From Adineta vaga (taxonomy: Eukaryota; Animalia; Rotifera), in the NCBI GenBank assembly GCA_021613535.1, contig CP075493.1, positions 8,246,001 through 8,310,000 on the forward strand: a DNA stretch of 64,000 nt, written 5' to 3'. Under the pieces are notes generated by a model. That model was given only the letters and a program-made list of their open reading frames with translations, made no database searches and was not told the origin of the DNA. The position numbers and the translations under genes were made by a program. Shown here one piece after another: positions 1 through 12,360 of this stretch; the stretch's first letter is position 1, and each line of letters starts with the position of its first letter.

Positions 1-1
1 C

Positions 2-1767
2 AGAAGTCCTAATTGTTCATTTATACAATCTTTGAAATCATCTTTACCGAAAATAATTCATTCTTCATCGTCTTCATCATCCTTATCTTCAAGCATTCGA
101 AATCTATCGAAATCAAATGAACCAGAAAATCCATCTAAACGAATAAAAATTGAAACAAATGAATTAACATCATCAACTTATACTTTATATGAAACTCCTT
201 TACTTCAACAAGTACGAAGAAGAACTTTTTCTCACTGGCCACATCGTACTATTCCATCAACAGCACAAATGATCGAAGCCGGTTTTTTCAACTGCAATGT
301 TGGTGATCGAGTCATATGTATCTATTGCAACCTTATCTGTCAGCAATGGACGCCTCATACAGATGATCCATGTGAAGTACATAAAACACTTTCTCCTAGA
401 TGTATATATGTTATAGCAAAATTAATACGTCCAGCTGCTTCATCAATAATTATTGTTAATGAAGGTGCAACAAGTGTAGTATCTAATCTTAATTCATCAT
501 CAACTAATCTTGATCCATTAAGATCCAATGAAATTGTTTTTACTGCTGCATGTAATCCTGCCTATACCGAAATACCCAAACGTCATGCATCATTTGAGAA
601 GTGGCCAGAAGAGAATTTGCCAGCGGTCGATGATTTAGTTCGAGCAGGATTTTTTTATACAGGGACGAAAAGTATTGTAACTTGTTTTTATTGTAATGGT
701 TCCCTACAAAATTGGGGTCCAAATGATAATCCGATGATTGAACATGCACGATGGTTTCCACACTGCGCATATGCTAAACAACTGTGTGGTGATGATTTAT
801 ATCGAAAAATTCAAGAATCTAAACGAGCACAACAAGGTATAGTTACTAAATACAAAAGTTTTGAGATAATCATTGATCTCTTTTCTTTTTCTTCGTTTTA
901 GAACGTGCACGAGCGAATGAATCGAAGGAGAAAGCGACCACTGGTGCAACAACAAATACTACTAGTGGTGCAACAACAAGTAACACTCGACAGTTACTCA
1001 TACCTGATGAAAGTACTCTGTCCAGGCTTGTTGCAGCACGACTTGATTTGCCCATTTCACAAAGATTATTAGATCAAAATTTCAAATTATCAATCATAAA
1101 ACGATGTTGGGAAGATCAACTAAGATTAAAACGTGAGTTTTAACTTATCGATAAAGTAAATACATTAATAATGTATTTTCGTTTTGTTTTTCAGAAGATG
1201 ATTTTACATCAGAATGTGATTTATATATGGCTTGTTCAATTCTTCAAAAGCAAATTGAACATATCGATGGTAAAAAAGAAAATATAGTCATACCAAGTAT
1301 CAAAATGAAACAAATCAGAGAACAAAATGGTAAACTAACTTTTAATTTTAATATTCATTTTTGATTTTCTTTCTTTCTTTTTAGAAGCACGTGTTCGTGA
1401 TCAATCATCTAATCCAACACAAATTATATCCAATTCAACAGATGCCGAAATGACAACATCATCTCAATCATTAACAAATGAATCCCTATCTTCACAATCT
1501 TCTGTAGAATCATCATCCAAACCGACAACACCGGGTATTCAAGGTGAAGTGAAATCAATTAAAGCCTTGACTTCATCAAGTAATGACCAAGATCAATCAT
1601 CGAATGCTACACCATCCAATCCATGTGTTCTTTGTTTGACTGAAGAAAAACGACTAGCCTGCATACCTTGTGGTCACTTGGCAACTTGTGTGCCTTGTGG
1701 TCATTCCTTAAGATCATGTCCAATGTGCAGGCGAGAAATAGAAGCATTTGTACGCATATATATTTAA
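2..1767 (+). CDS. Inhibitor of apoptosis (BIR/RING E3 ligase), copy 1; 5' end lies outside the window
   Basis: Frame opens with the end of BIR1 (RSPNCSF), then BIR2 (CIYC...H...C) and BIR3 (CFYC-x16-H-ARWFPH-C). GT-AG introns at 837-901, 1133-1194 and 1330-1384. UBA-like helical segment, then C-terminal RING CVLC...PCGH...CPMCRREIEAFVRIYI. Confidence 0.95.
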
Positions 1768-2269
1768 ATCTATCAAGGTATGTTATCATTTTATTGTCAC
1801 CTCACACTCTTTCACAAATCATATACTTCAAGAAATGACTAGTCATATCATGCTTTTAAATGTTCATTTTTTGTTAAATCTGTTTTCTGAAATTTGTTTC
1901 ATTTCTTTTTTTTGTTATATATTTCAGCATTATTCGAAACGAATGCACTGATATCATTTCTCAAATAAAACTTGTTGAACTACTGGAATGATCATTTAAT
2001 ACTGGCTGTATAATAAATACATCACACAAAAATTTTATTTATTTTATTGTCTAATTTTTCGTTTTGTGTACATTTGTATATAAAGAATCTTAATCATGCA
2101 CCTATGAAAACTAGAATTAGTATATTTCTTCCTAAAAATAATTCAAAAAAATAATAAAGAAAACATATATATATATTATTTCCTTTAACAGATGTAAATC
2201 ACAAATCGACTGTCGACAAACGATAGCGTTGTATTTTTTGTTCTAGAAAAAAAATAAATATATATCTTC

Positions 2270-4158
2270 ATGCCGCGATATTTACTTTTTTTTGCACATG
2301 AACTAATCGATTTTCGTATGGCTGTGAGTAATAATAATCGATCATACCTCTGTAAAAACTATTCAATTATCATAGGAATTATTCAGTTTGGCGGAAATGT
2401 TCGGTTTTCGTGAGAGCATGACAATTGAAAGAAAACCAGAACAAGTGTGTATCTTTCTACATGATAAGAGAAATAAATTGTGAATTGAGATTACATTTTA
2501 GGACCCATTTATGTTATGTACATTTTCTCACGTTGATCATCTTAAATTATATTCATCTCGATCTGTTTTGTTGAAGTAAGATTTCGAACATCAGTTGTAT
2601 ATGTATGTATGCAAGAAATCTGTTTACTTAGATCAGCTTATGAATATTGGACTCATGGATCATCAATGGTAGATGTTGTTGATAAATTAACTATAAATTC
2701 TGATTTGGTAATTAAAAAGATTCGACACAAATGAAAATAAGTTCTTTTTCTGATTGCATAGCGACCAAAATCAAATGAAACATGGCGTATACTTGTTCAA
2801 GCATTTCGAAAACAATTTACACAACCAGAAAAAATTCAGCGAATTGATGTAAGATTCAAAGATTTCATGTTGATGCGACAGTTACATATTGTTCAATGAT
2901 TATTGTAGGCATTCAGTGATCGATTGAATATTAAAAATCGATTTTGTTTGAATAACAAAGCAGATTGTACTGTTGGACTTTTCGAAAGCTTTGAAGAAGG
3001 ACGATTAGAACAGCCGAAAGAAGTTTTTGTTGGTCGATGGGTAAGTAGTTTCTATTGGATTGTTTATAAGAAGAATCTTTGAAATAAATTTAAGATATGT
3101 GACGGAGCACGTAATTTAATTGATAAATATGATGTTCGAAAACGTTATTTTATTGGTAAGTTGAGATCGTGTGGATGAAAGTGCTATTAAACTTCACCCG
3201 GCTAAGGTAACGATTAGATTGCGAAAGTAATGATCTATTTAGGTAATACAACAATGGATGCTACACTATCGTTTGTTATGGCAAATATGGCTCAATGTCA
3301 ACCTAATCATATTGCCCTGGATCCTTTTTGTGGGACAGGTTAATTTTCTGGCCTTGCCTTCTTTCTTTCTTTTGATATTTAAGATGAACTTTATATACAG
3401 GTGGTATACTTCTTGCTTGTGCAGAATTTGGTAGTTATGTAATTGGTAATGAATTTGATTGGCGTTTACTAACAGCAAAAGGTAATTTATTCGAAAAAAA
3501 GCTACTTTATTATTTCTATTATTTTGCATATTTAGCTAAACCAACAAAAGCAAATACTAAACAACGTGCTCGTAATCCCGATGAAATGATGTATCGAAAT
3601 TTTTCTGATTATGGTACATTAGATCGATTTTTAGGCGTCGTTGGAGCTGATTTTGCTTATTCACCCTGGCGTCGAACATTTACATTTGATGCGATTATTT
3701 CTGATCCACCCTATGGTATTCGTGAATCATCTCAACATAAAAGTCGTCGTGTGGGTGATGAAACTGAAAATGAATCAGACAAATACGATCTAACAAATAT
3801 CTATGTGGATTTATTAAATTTTGCAAATATTTATCTACGTGTTGACGGAAGATTAGTTTTCTGGATGCCAACTCATATAATGACATATGATGAAAGTTTG
3901 TTACCCACACATCCATGTTTTCAATTATTTTCAAATGATGAACAACAACTCAATCGAACAACTAGTCGACGATTGATAACAATGGTTAAAATACGTGAAA
4001 GTCAAGGTGATGAAAAAGCTACAGTTAATGAAAAATTATTCAGTAATTTTCGTGATTTGTATTTTACACCGAATACAAAAATATGGGAACAAATGAATAA
4101 TGATAATTCTGTGATTGATTCTTCCGTTATTTCAAAAAAAAGACATCATGATGAATGA
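2270..4158 (+). CDS. TRMT11: tRNA (guanine-10-N2)-methyltransferase TRMT11 homolog, multi-exon
   Basis: Starts MPRYLLFFAHELIDFRMA. Contains RYFIGNTTMD, the SAM motif LDPFCGTG, DAIISDPPYGIRE and C-terminal SRRLITMVK; many short introns. Confidence 0.92.
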
Positions 4159-5462
4159 TTGTTAAAAGAATAATAAAGAAAAACTTCCGATTCTGTGATG
4201 TTAATCAAATATTTATTTTTTGATTTTATCTTTGACTGATTCTATATGCTTAATGTTGTGACAGAGCAGTTGCCGACGGGTTAGAGTCTTCTAAAGACTT
4301 AACTATTAAAATACCGAGAAAAAAATATGTATGTTTTTGTTTGGTTTCTTATATGTACGTCTACGGCAAGAAATATTCGGCGAAAAAGGTGTGTGTTTTT
4401 GTTAAATATAAATTTCCAACTTTGAATGCAAACATGTCTATAAATTTGAGACGCATGAAAATATTCAGTCGGAAGAAGAAAATTTTATTGATAGAAGTTA
4501 AGCTTTCAGACTGAGATAAATGTTGACAATATATATTAATTTAGTCTCCATTAAAAATAAGAAAGAAGAAAGGTATTTTCAAATCCATTATCAAAATATC
4601 ATTTTCTCCAATATTTTTTTCTGTGTAGAGTCATTGCATACATTTAGATAAATAAATCGTCATTACATATGCAAATAAGCGATGAATATCTACTTTCTCA
4701 ATCATCTTTGTTACAGTAGAAAAGGGAGTACAGAACGCTATGACACAAACCAATGTAACATCGTGTCCTATATGACAAATGCGCGAAAAGAAAAACTCGA
4801 GATTACATCTGTTATTTCTCATCTAAATATAGAAATTTGAAGTGATATCGTTTACATTCGTGGTAGTATTCCCTGATATAGAATTGCTATTATGTTGGAA
4901 AAATCCTTTTGACCATATTAACGTGAAGATAAAAGCTATCATTGTGTGCTATGTATTGAAGTTATCGCAATAAGAATCGATGAAATTTGCTTGTAAATAT
5001 TTCGATCATGTAGATATATGTTTACTTGGTTTTTTCCACAGCGAAAAAAATTTCTTCGCTTATTGCTTATCAATTGCATATAATAGTCGTTTTTTTCTTC
5101 CTATGGTGGGTTTTTTCCAACCAACTTATTATAAAAGAAAAAGAAAAAATTTGAAAACTTATTTCTGAATTGATTTGAATGCAAACATATTAAGTTATGT
5201 TCGTTGATACGAAATTTTCAATGAAACTATGTACTGTAAATCGCTAACATTACTATTAATTAATACACAAGAATTATATTCTCATTTCAAGTCTTTTCTA
5301 CCAACTATAATCAACAGGCACCAAGTGAGTGTTATATGCAGAAAAACTTATATTGACAAAAACAAAAAAGAAAGATTAGAATCACGAAATCAAATTGAAT
5401 TATTCCTAACGTTCTACTGATCATAATCGTTGTTCTTCTGGAAGACCAAACTAGATATTAAC

Positions 5463-7342
5463 ATGAAATTGTCACATACGGAGATCATATTCAAATCGAA
5501 TCTATCCAATAGACATGAGTTCGTCGTCCCTAATAGAATAGATCAAACTACTCATGTCATTGTACAATCAAAACAAAGAACATGTTTAGAACGATATTTG
5601 TCACCTAGCAAAAGAGTAGGTTTTTTTCATGTCATCAATATATGTCGAAGTTTATCAAAAAGACAAGGAGTACATTCGCTTATTACTATGAATGCAGCAG
5701 GTTTTGAATATACAGACAGTGAAGATACCGCTCGATGCAATATTTGTGGTCTAGAAGTATCTGGGTGGATAGTGGACATGAAACCGTTTACTATTCATGC
5801 TCAACGAAGTCCAACGTGTGATTTTGTTCGTTCGATGATACCCGAAGGTCTCGTCAGTACATTCTCAAATCTGACCTACTTATCAACGGATGACCCATCA
5901 AATGACCATGATGAAAACCCGCCGAAACGCAAGAAACTAGAAACAAGTCAATGGCGGCAATCTCTGCCAACTCTAATCGAGGTTGATAAACTACAACAAA
6001 TACGAAAGAGAACATTTTCACATTGGCCTCAAGGTGCATCTCCATCCAGTGCACAAATGATCGATGCAGGCTTCTTTAACTGTAATGTCGGTGATCGTGT
6101 AATGTGTTTGTATTGTAATATTATCTGTCAACAATGGACACGTCACACAGACGATCCATGTGAAGTTCATAAGACATTATCACCCAAATGTCCATATGTC
6201 ATTGCCATGATGAAACGTCAACAGACAGCATCGATAATAATCCTCAATGAATATCCAACAAATGAGAATAGTGCAGGCACATTTAGATATAATGAACTAG
6301 TACATACAGCTGCATGCCATCCTTCTTACATTGAAATTCCACAGCGATATAGTTCATTCGAAACGTGGCCAAAAGAAAATCTACCATGTGTGGATAATTT
6401 GGTCCGAGCAGGCTTTTTCTATACTGGTACAAAGACTATTGTGACGTGCTTTTATTGCAATGGATCTCTGCAAAACTGGGGTGCAAATGATAATCCAATG
6501 ATTGAACATGCTCGATGGTTTCCAAACTGTGCATATGCGAAACAGTTGTGCGGTGCCGAACTATATAAAAAAATACAAGAATCGAAAAAAAGTCATGAAG
6601 GTAAGTTATTCGTTTTTGCTATGAAATATATAATAATATGTCAGTATATTTTGTTTTCAGACAGAAATACATTGAACGATCGTCAAGTTGTTAGAGGGTT
6701 GTTGAATATACCTGATGAAAATTTTTTATCGCGACTAGTTGCTGCTCGACTAGATTTAATAATTTCACAAAGGCTACTTGACCAAAATCATCGACTATCC
6801 ATAATTAAACGTTGTTGGGAAGATCAATTAAGAATAAAACGTAAGTAGAAAGAATAACAATTGATCGAATGAACCATTCAATTTCCACTGTAGATGATGA
6901 CTTTGTTGATGATTGCGATCTGCTCGTAAGTTGTATAATTTTACAGAAGCAAATTATCTTTATTGATGGAAAGAAAGAAAATATTCTTATTCCAAGTCAA
7001 GCAATAAATTCATCTCCTCTACTCAATTCATCAACAACGAATACAGATGTTGATATGTCGACATCATCAGAATCGGTTGTAAGTGAAACGAATTTACCAA
7101 CATCAGAAAACATCGGCCAGAAAAATCAGAATTTAAAAGCATCAGTAGTAAATACTGTTTCACAAGATCGCAAAGAAGATCCACAACCATCTAATCCTTG
7201 TGTTTTATGCCTAACAGAAGAAAAAAAACTGGCTTGTATACCTTGCGGACATTTAGCTACTTGTGTGTCATGTGGTCATTCTCTTCGAGTATGTCCTGTG
7301 TGTCGTCGAGAGATCGAAGCTTTTGTTCGTATCTATCTGTAA
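5463..7342 (+). CDS. Inhibitor of apoptosis, copy 2 (3 BIR + UBA-like + RING)
   Basis: Three BIRs (CNIC, CLYC, CFYC), introns at about 6601-6660 and 6842-6893, RING ending CPVCRREIEAFVRIYL. First ATG is at 5463; the ORF track uses TTG 5430. Confidence 0.93.
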
Positions 7343-10142
7343 TCATTCGAAGTTTTATATTTATCGCTAATGTTAATTTTATCTAATTATTATGATAGTT
7401 TCAGTGGCGTTCATAAGCTGTTAATAAAAATAAGACTCCAAACTTACTCCCAACTAGACAGAAATTTTTGGAACCCAAAATGTTTTTGATTCATCACTAA
7501 TAGCAATCATAATTCAACGAAAGCTAGTAATGCAAAGAACTAAAACTGAACGGATCTTTCATAAATAGATTTGACTTAAAACGACTAATTCTTATCTCAA
7601 ACAATTCATTGACATATTCAGCTGTTACGTACGTGTTATTGTAGGCTTCTCATCCCTTCATCAATAAGACTTTCGCCAGTCAGATATTCTCTACTGACAA
7701 ACATTTGGTATTATATTGGCAAAGTTTCACGAAATGTATTGGCGAAGAACAGCAGATGACTTTGACGAATTTGTTATAAATAGATTGCCAGCAGTCCAAT
7801 GTAGTTGGATGGGCTAGCTCCTCCCACTTTTGGAGAGTGTCTGCGAAAAACTTTTCCGTTTATACCTTCGAAATTTTTCAGCTGCGTGTAGGTCTCTGGC
7901 TGGATCAACAGACAGAGCAGAATAGTTGGCAGGTAATACACAGCATAGAGTCAATTTAGCTGACACTCTATAATAGCTTACAAATATGGCAGACAGTTCA
8001 GATTATTTAAGGAATCTAGTATGAAGGAACCGATACCTAAGGAGTTTACCAGGTAACGCAGAGTTTCTTTTCAATCTTACAAAGAGTGTAGAGTATATCT
8101 ATCGAATCCAACAAACAGTGCAAAATATGCAACGAATCTGACAAAAAGTTTGTATTTATCAGACCTGACAGACACTCTGAGGCTTTTATCAAGGCTGAAC
8201 GATAGGCAGTGGTAAATGTTATCACTAACGGTGGCAGCTACAGTTTAATTTTTCAGAACAAAGCTCAGAAAAACGTTTCCTACTGGCAAACAGCTACAAG
8301 CTTGGGAATTTTCGACAGAAAAATATAGATAACGTTCTGTAAATTGTATGTAAATTGACTTTATTTCTAAAGATTGCGAGATAAGTAGAACCCTGAATAC
8401 CTCGTGAAAAACTATTGTCTCTCTAGCTATGTAATTGACAAAAAAGTCAATTTTGCGCGTAGAAACGTCGTGTTTTTAGCACAAACAAAAGAATTCATAG
8501 ACAAGAAAACTACGGCAACCAATCAGACAACATCGATGAAAATAACGAAATTTTCATGTTTTCAAAAAAATTGTTTTTCTAAAACAAGCTAGATTTGATT
8601 GATCAAGTTCACATCCTTATTTTCCTGGAAAATTTTCAGTGTAAAAATACTTTTGTTTAACCTTGTCCAAAAAGCATTTTTAGCACTGTCTGCGAAAAAA
8701 ATTTAGCCCACCCCGCTACCGAAAATAAATTTCATTTAAAGAGAAAGCATATAAGCATGCTAGATGATAATTTGTTATAGAACATTTCCTGATGAAAGTA
8801 CATAGTCAATTCTAGCTATTTCATTAACAACGCATATTCATGAAATCACAGGGAAAATGCAATGACAACCTATTATTGATAAGATCCTGTCTGTATGGTT
8901 CGATGGAAGGAAAGGACCTAAAAATCTCTTGACTAAAAACGTATACTGATTTTTCTTCAAAACAAGATCACATTGTCCGACAATTTCACGCAACTACCCT
9001 TCTGTTGTGTACATGGAACAAATGGTTTCCACCATAAGGTGAAACGCTTTTAGCCTGATTGCTTCATTGCCTTTCGAAGAAACGAAAAGAGTTTTCACAA
9101 TCATATCAGCCTATGACTCAGATTTAATAGTAGTGATGATGGATTAGAACCTTTGTATCTGATGAAATTTCTAGAGTGGGCGCACTTTCATACGAGCTAA
9201 AATACATGATAGTTAGAATAAAATCAATATTCATTCAAACCTTCTGGACCTTCAGAGGATTTCTAAAAAGCATCTCCCATACATTATTTATGAATGTCTA
9301 ATAAACCTACAATACATAATAAGAGGATTTTCAAAATCTGAGACTATCAGAAGGAAGCGTAGCAAACAGTTTCTCTACACATGTATTTTCGAAGTGATAG
9401 AGCATAATTTCGAAGAGATACGTAGAGATTTTGAAGAAATGTGCACATCTTACTTATGACGTTTTCATGGTTCTCAAGTGCTTTTGAACCAAACAGCCTC
9501 CTTTTAACATCTTAATTCACATTGAATTCAAATCCAAATACAGTATCCTGTAGCCTTTGTTGAGCTCTACAAAACTGCGTATCTTGATTTCTAAAACAGA
9601 TGTCTTCTTGAAGAGTGGATTCGATGTATGACATATAAAACATGGGTGGACATGATTGTGAACATTCTATTTTTCCTCACAGAAACATTCACGATCATGA
9701 GTAATCATTGGGAAACTACTTTACATTATTAATCAAAGCATTTTCATCACACAACTATATTAACCATGATTCGAAATGTGTTGATGTGGAAATGTTCAAG
9801 TATCGAAACGTTTTCCTTTACAAACATAGAACGTTTAAAGTACTGTTAAAATACATTATTTTGTCGCTTAGTGCTTGGGATCATGCATATTAAGTGTAGC
9901 GTGAGCACAAGTAAAGCGGAAACTATGTTTAAATTATAATTTCATTTTTTCGTAAGATCGACAAAAAAATGGTTGCGTTCGCAAAGCATATGATTTTTCT
10001 TTCTCTTCCTTATTTTTCCACGTGCTTCTTATTTGTTTTCTCTTTTCTTTTAGTGAAGGTAGGTTTTATCGTCATTGCTCCTTCGTTGAAAATTTCCAAC
10101 TTACCAACAAAAGAGAAAAAATATTGTTCTTTGCATCTTCAA

Positions 10143-10414
10143 TAAATGGCAGGCGCCGAAATCCGTAAGTTTGAATCATTTTTTATCCTACCAAAATCGG
10201 GACATTACACTTCTTACATTTTATTGACATATTTTTTAAGAAAAAAACCTATATTACGTATCGCGCACCCAGGTGTTGTATATAATGTAATGTATCCAAA
10301 TCTTTACCAGAAGTTATTTGTAAAAATGTTATACAGTTTTCTATAAGACTCTTTAAAACTTCGTTGGGCTGAAAAATTCCAGTTCTCCATAGTGTGCTTC
10401 GGCGCCGCCATTCA
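10143..10414. mobile_element. Small non-autonomous TIR element (MITE-like)
   Basis: Left end aatggcaggcgccgaa (10145-10160) is the inverted repeat of right end ttcggcgccgccatt (10398-10412), with a one-base indel. TSD unclear (cttcaa/cttcga). Confidence 0.6.
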
Positions 10415-10688
10415 CTTCGAGATCAAAACTAAACTAATTACAAGAAAACATAATAACGTACTTGTGCATTACATATAATCTGAAGCTAAATTTCTATCAG
10501 AGTAGATAAGTTCCGACATCTGCGTTGATTGATATTTATCAGCACTTATGACAATCTAGTGTATCTTATGTACGCGAATCCGATCTGTTCATAATACCGT
10601 CGGTGAGACATTGGATGTCTGTATTTTGTCGAAAAAGAATACCACTATCACCACGGTAGGAAAATGTTTCATAAGATATGGTTTAAAA

Positions 10689-11113
10689 CAGAGATAAGCA
10701 AGTCAAGTCACCTTTTGACTTGACTTGAAATTAAGCCATCAACTCAAGTCAAGCCAAAAAACATATATGAAGAGGTTTCAATATTGTTTTTTTTGTATTT
10801 CATAAGTCTTATTATAGAATCAGAATCTAAAACGATAAATATAATCAAAAATTTTAAAAATTTTCTAAGAGTTAATTCGAAATAAAAGAAAATTTGCATT
10901 CCACAATTTTTTCAATCGAATTTCTTTCGGCAGATTTGCTTTTTTTCATTATTGTGAAAATTTAGTAATTAATAAACGTCTTTTGTCATTTCCAAAGAAA
11001 CTAGAAATCATTGTCTACGAATAAAGATAAAGCATTTAAAAAAAAAGTTTATGATGACCATTGACTGAGTTTGACTTGACTTGACTTTTGAAAACCTGAC
11101 TTGACCATCTTTG
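10689..11113. mobile_element. hAT-like MITE
   Basis: Left end cagagataagcaagtcaagtca matches the reverse complement of the right end, caaagatggtcaagtcagg. Arrays of gactt/aagtc subterminal repeats. Degenerate 8-bp TSD gtttaaaa (10681-10688) / gttcaata (11114-11121). Confidence 0.75.
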
Positions 11114-12174
11114 GTTCAATAACATAATGAAGAAGTTGCGTTTTCTCAACAATACTTTGATGAACAAACAATATATTAGAAAAACGTGTCGATGTTCATT
11201 GATTTTTATCTATAAAAATCTAATCAAGTTGCTTATTTTCTTTGTTATTTTCAGATCAACTCATATTCATACTCTAATAATATTCTATTATTGGTATTTT
11301 TGGTGGAAAAAACTATTTTACTGAACAGTGAATCAATTAGTCAATAAAAATTCTACATATTATATCTGGCTTTATTTTTCAGCGCAACAAAATGACGAAG
11401 ATTTTCTTCATGATGGATTCACAGAGTACTCAGATGTAAACGATCGCATTATTGAAGAAGCATACACGGTTGGTGAAGGCGAAGTGATATTTGACGAGAG
11501 ATTGGTGAATCTTAAACAATTCATACAATATTTCATTGATTGTTGTAATATACAAAGAGCTATCTAGAGAATGGAACTTAATAATAACGAAAAAGGATTG
11601 CGAAAAGACAGATTTGCGTCCAATTTTTTCGAATTTGGACAGACAATTATGGATGTATACAATTATTTATCGTCTTTTATTGTCGAAGTTAAAAGGTTAC
11701 ATGAACTACTGGAACATGGATATTCATTGCGACATCAAGAACTTGTATCAAGACTTGTTGAGCAAGCAGAGACTGGTATCATCGAAGCAATTAAAGGTAA
11801 CACGAGATAATAAAATGATAGATCTATGGAAATGTTGTGCACAATTATATTCCAAAAACAGTTTTCTTTTCACGAGCTTGAACAAAGTAATGCGATTGCC
11901 GAATCAAAAAAAGTTTGAACAGATATGTCGAAGTAAGATTCGAACATTAGGATCATTTTGCTCGCTTCCTTGGAACAATTCATTTCATAACCGGAGAAAT
12001 AAGATGAATGGATTTGTCTATCGTGGCTTGCATCTTTCGAACGCTGAGCTTAATTTATATAAAAGCAATTGTTTTAAACAGTTGAAATCAACATTATTAT
12101 TACAATCTTTTACATCATGCAATATAAATATGTCCGTAGCTGAACAATTTGGAAATGCACTATTAGTCTTCAAG

Positions 12175-12229
12175 TATGGATGTAATAATACCAATACCAA
12201 CCAATACTATTGGTATTGTTATATCCGTA
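12175..12229. mobile_element. 55-bp hAT-type mini-element with perfect 8-bp TSD
   Basis: TIR tatggatgtaataataccaata vs reverse complement tacggatataacaataccaata (19/22). TSD tcttcaag at 12167-12174 and 12230-12237. Confidence 0.85.
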
Positions 12230-12360
12230 TCTTCAAGATAAAAAATGCAAAAACAATAGATCTCACATCATTCTCTAACTACACGCAAGAAGAAGTACTA
12301 CTCTATTCAGGAACTCAACTTATTATCAAAGATGTGGAATTCGATGAATTGCAGAAAAAA

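Noticed and set aside
10689-11113. gactt/aagtc repeat array as a CRISPR-like or satellite locus
   Set aside because: Explained as inverted subterminal repeats of a hAT MITE; there is no repeat-spacer periodicity and the context is eukaryotic.
11565-11567. In-frame TAG in the WWE-ART gene as programmed readthrough
   Set aside because: The same gene has a frameshift and TE insertions, so decay is the simpler explanation.
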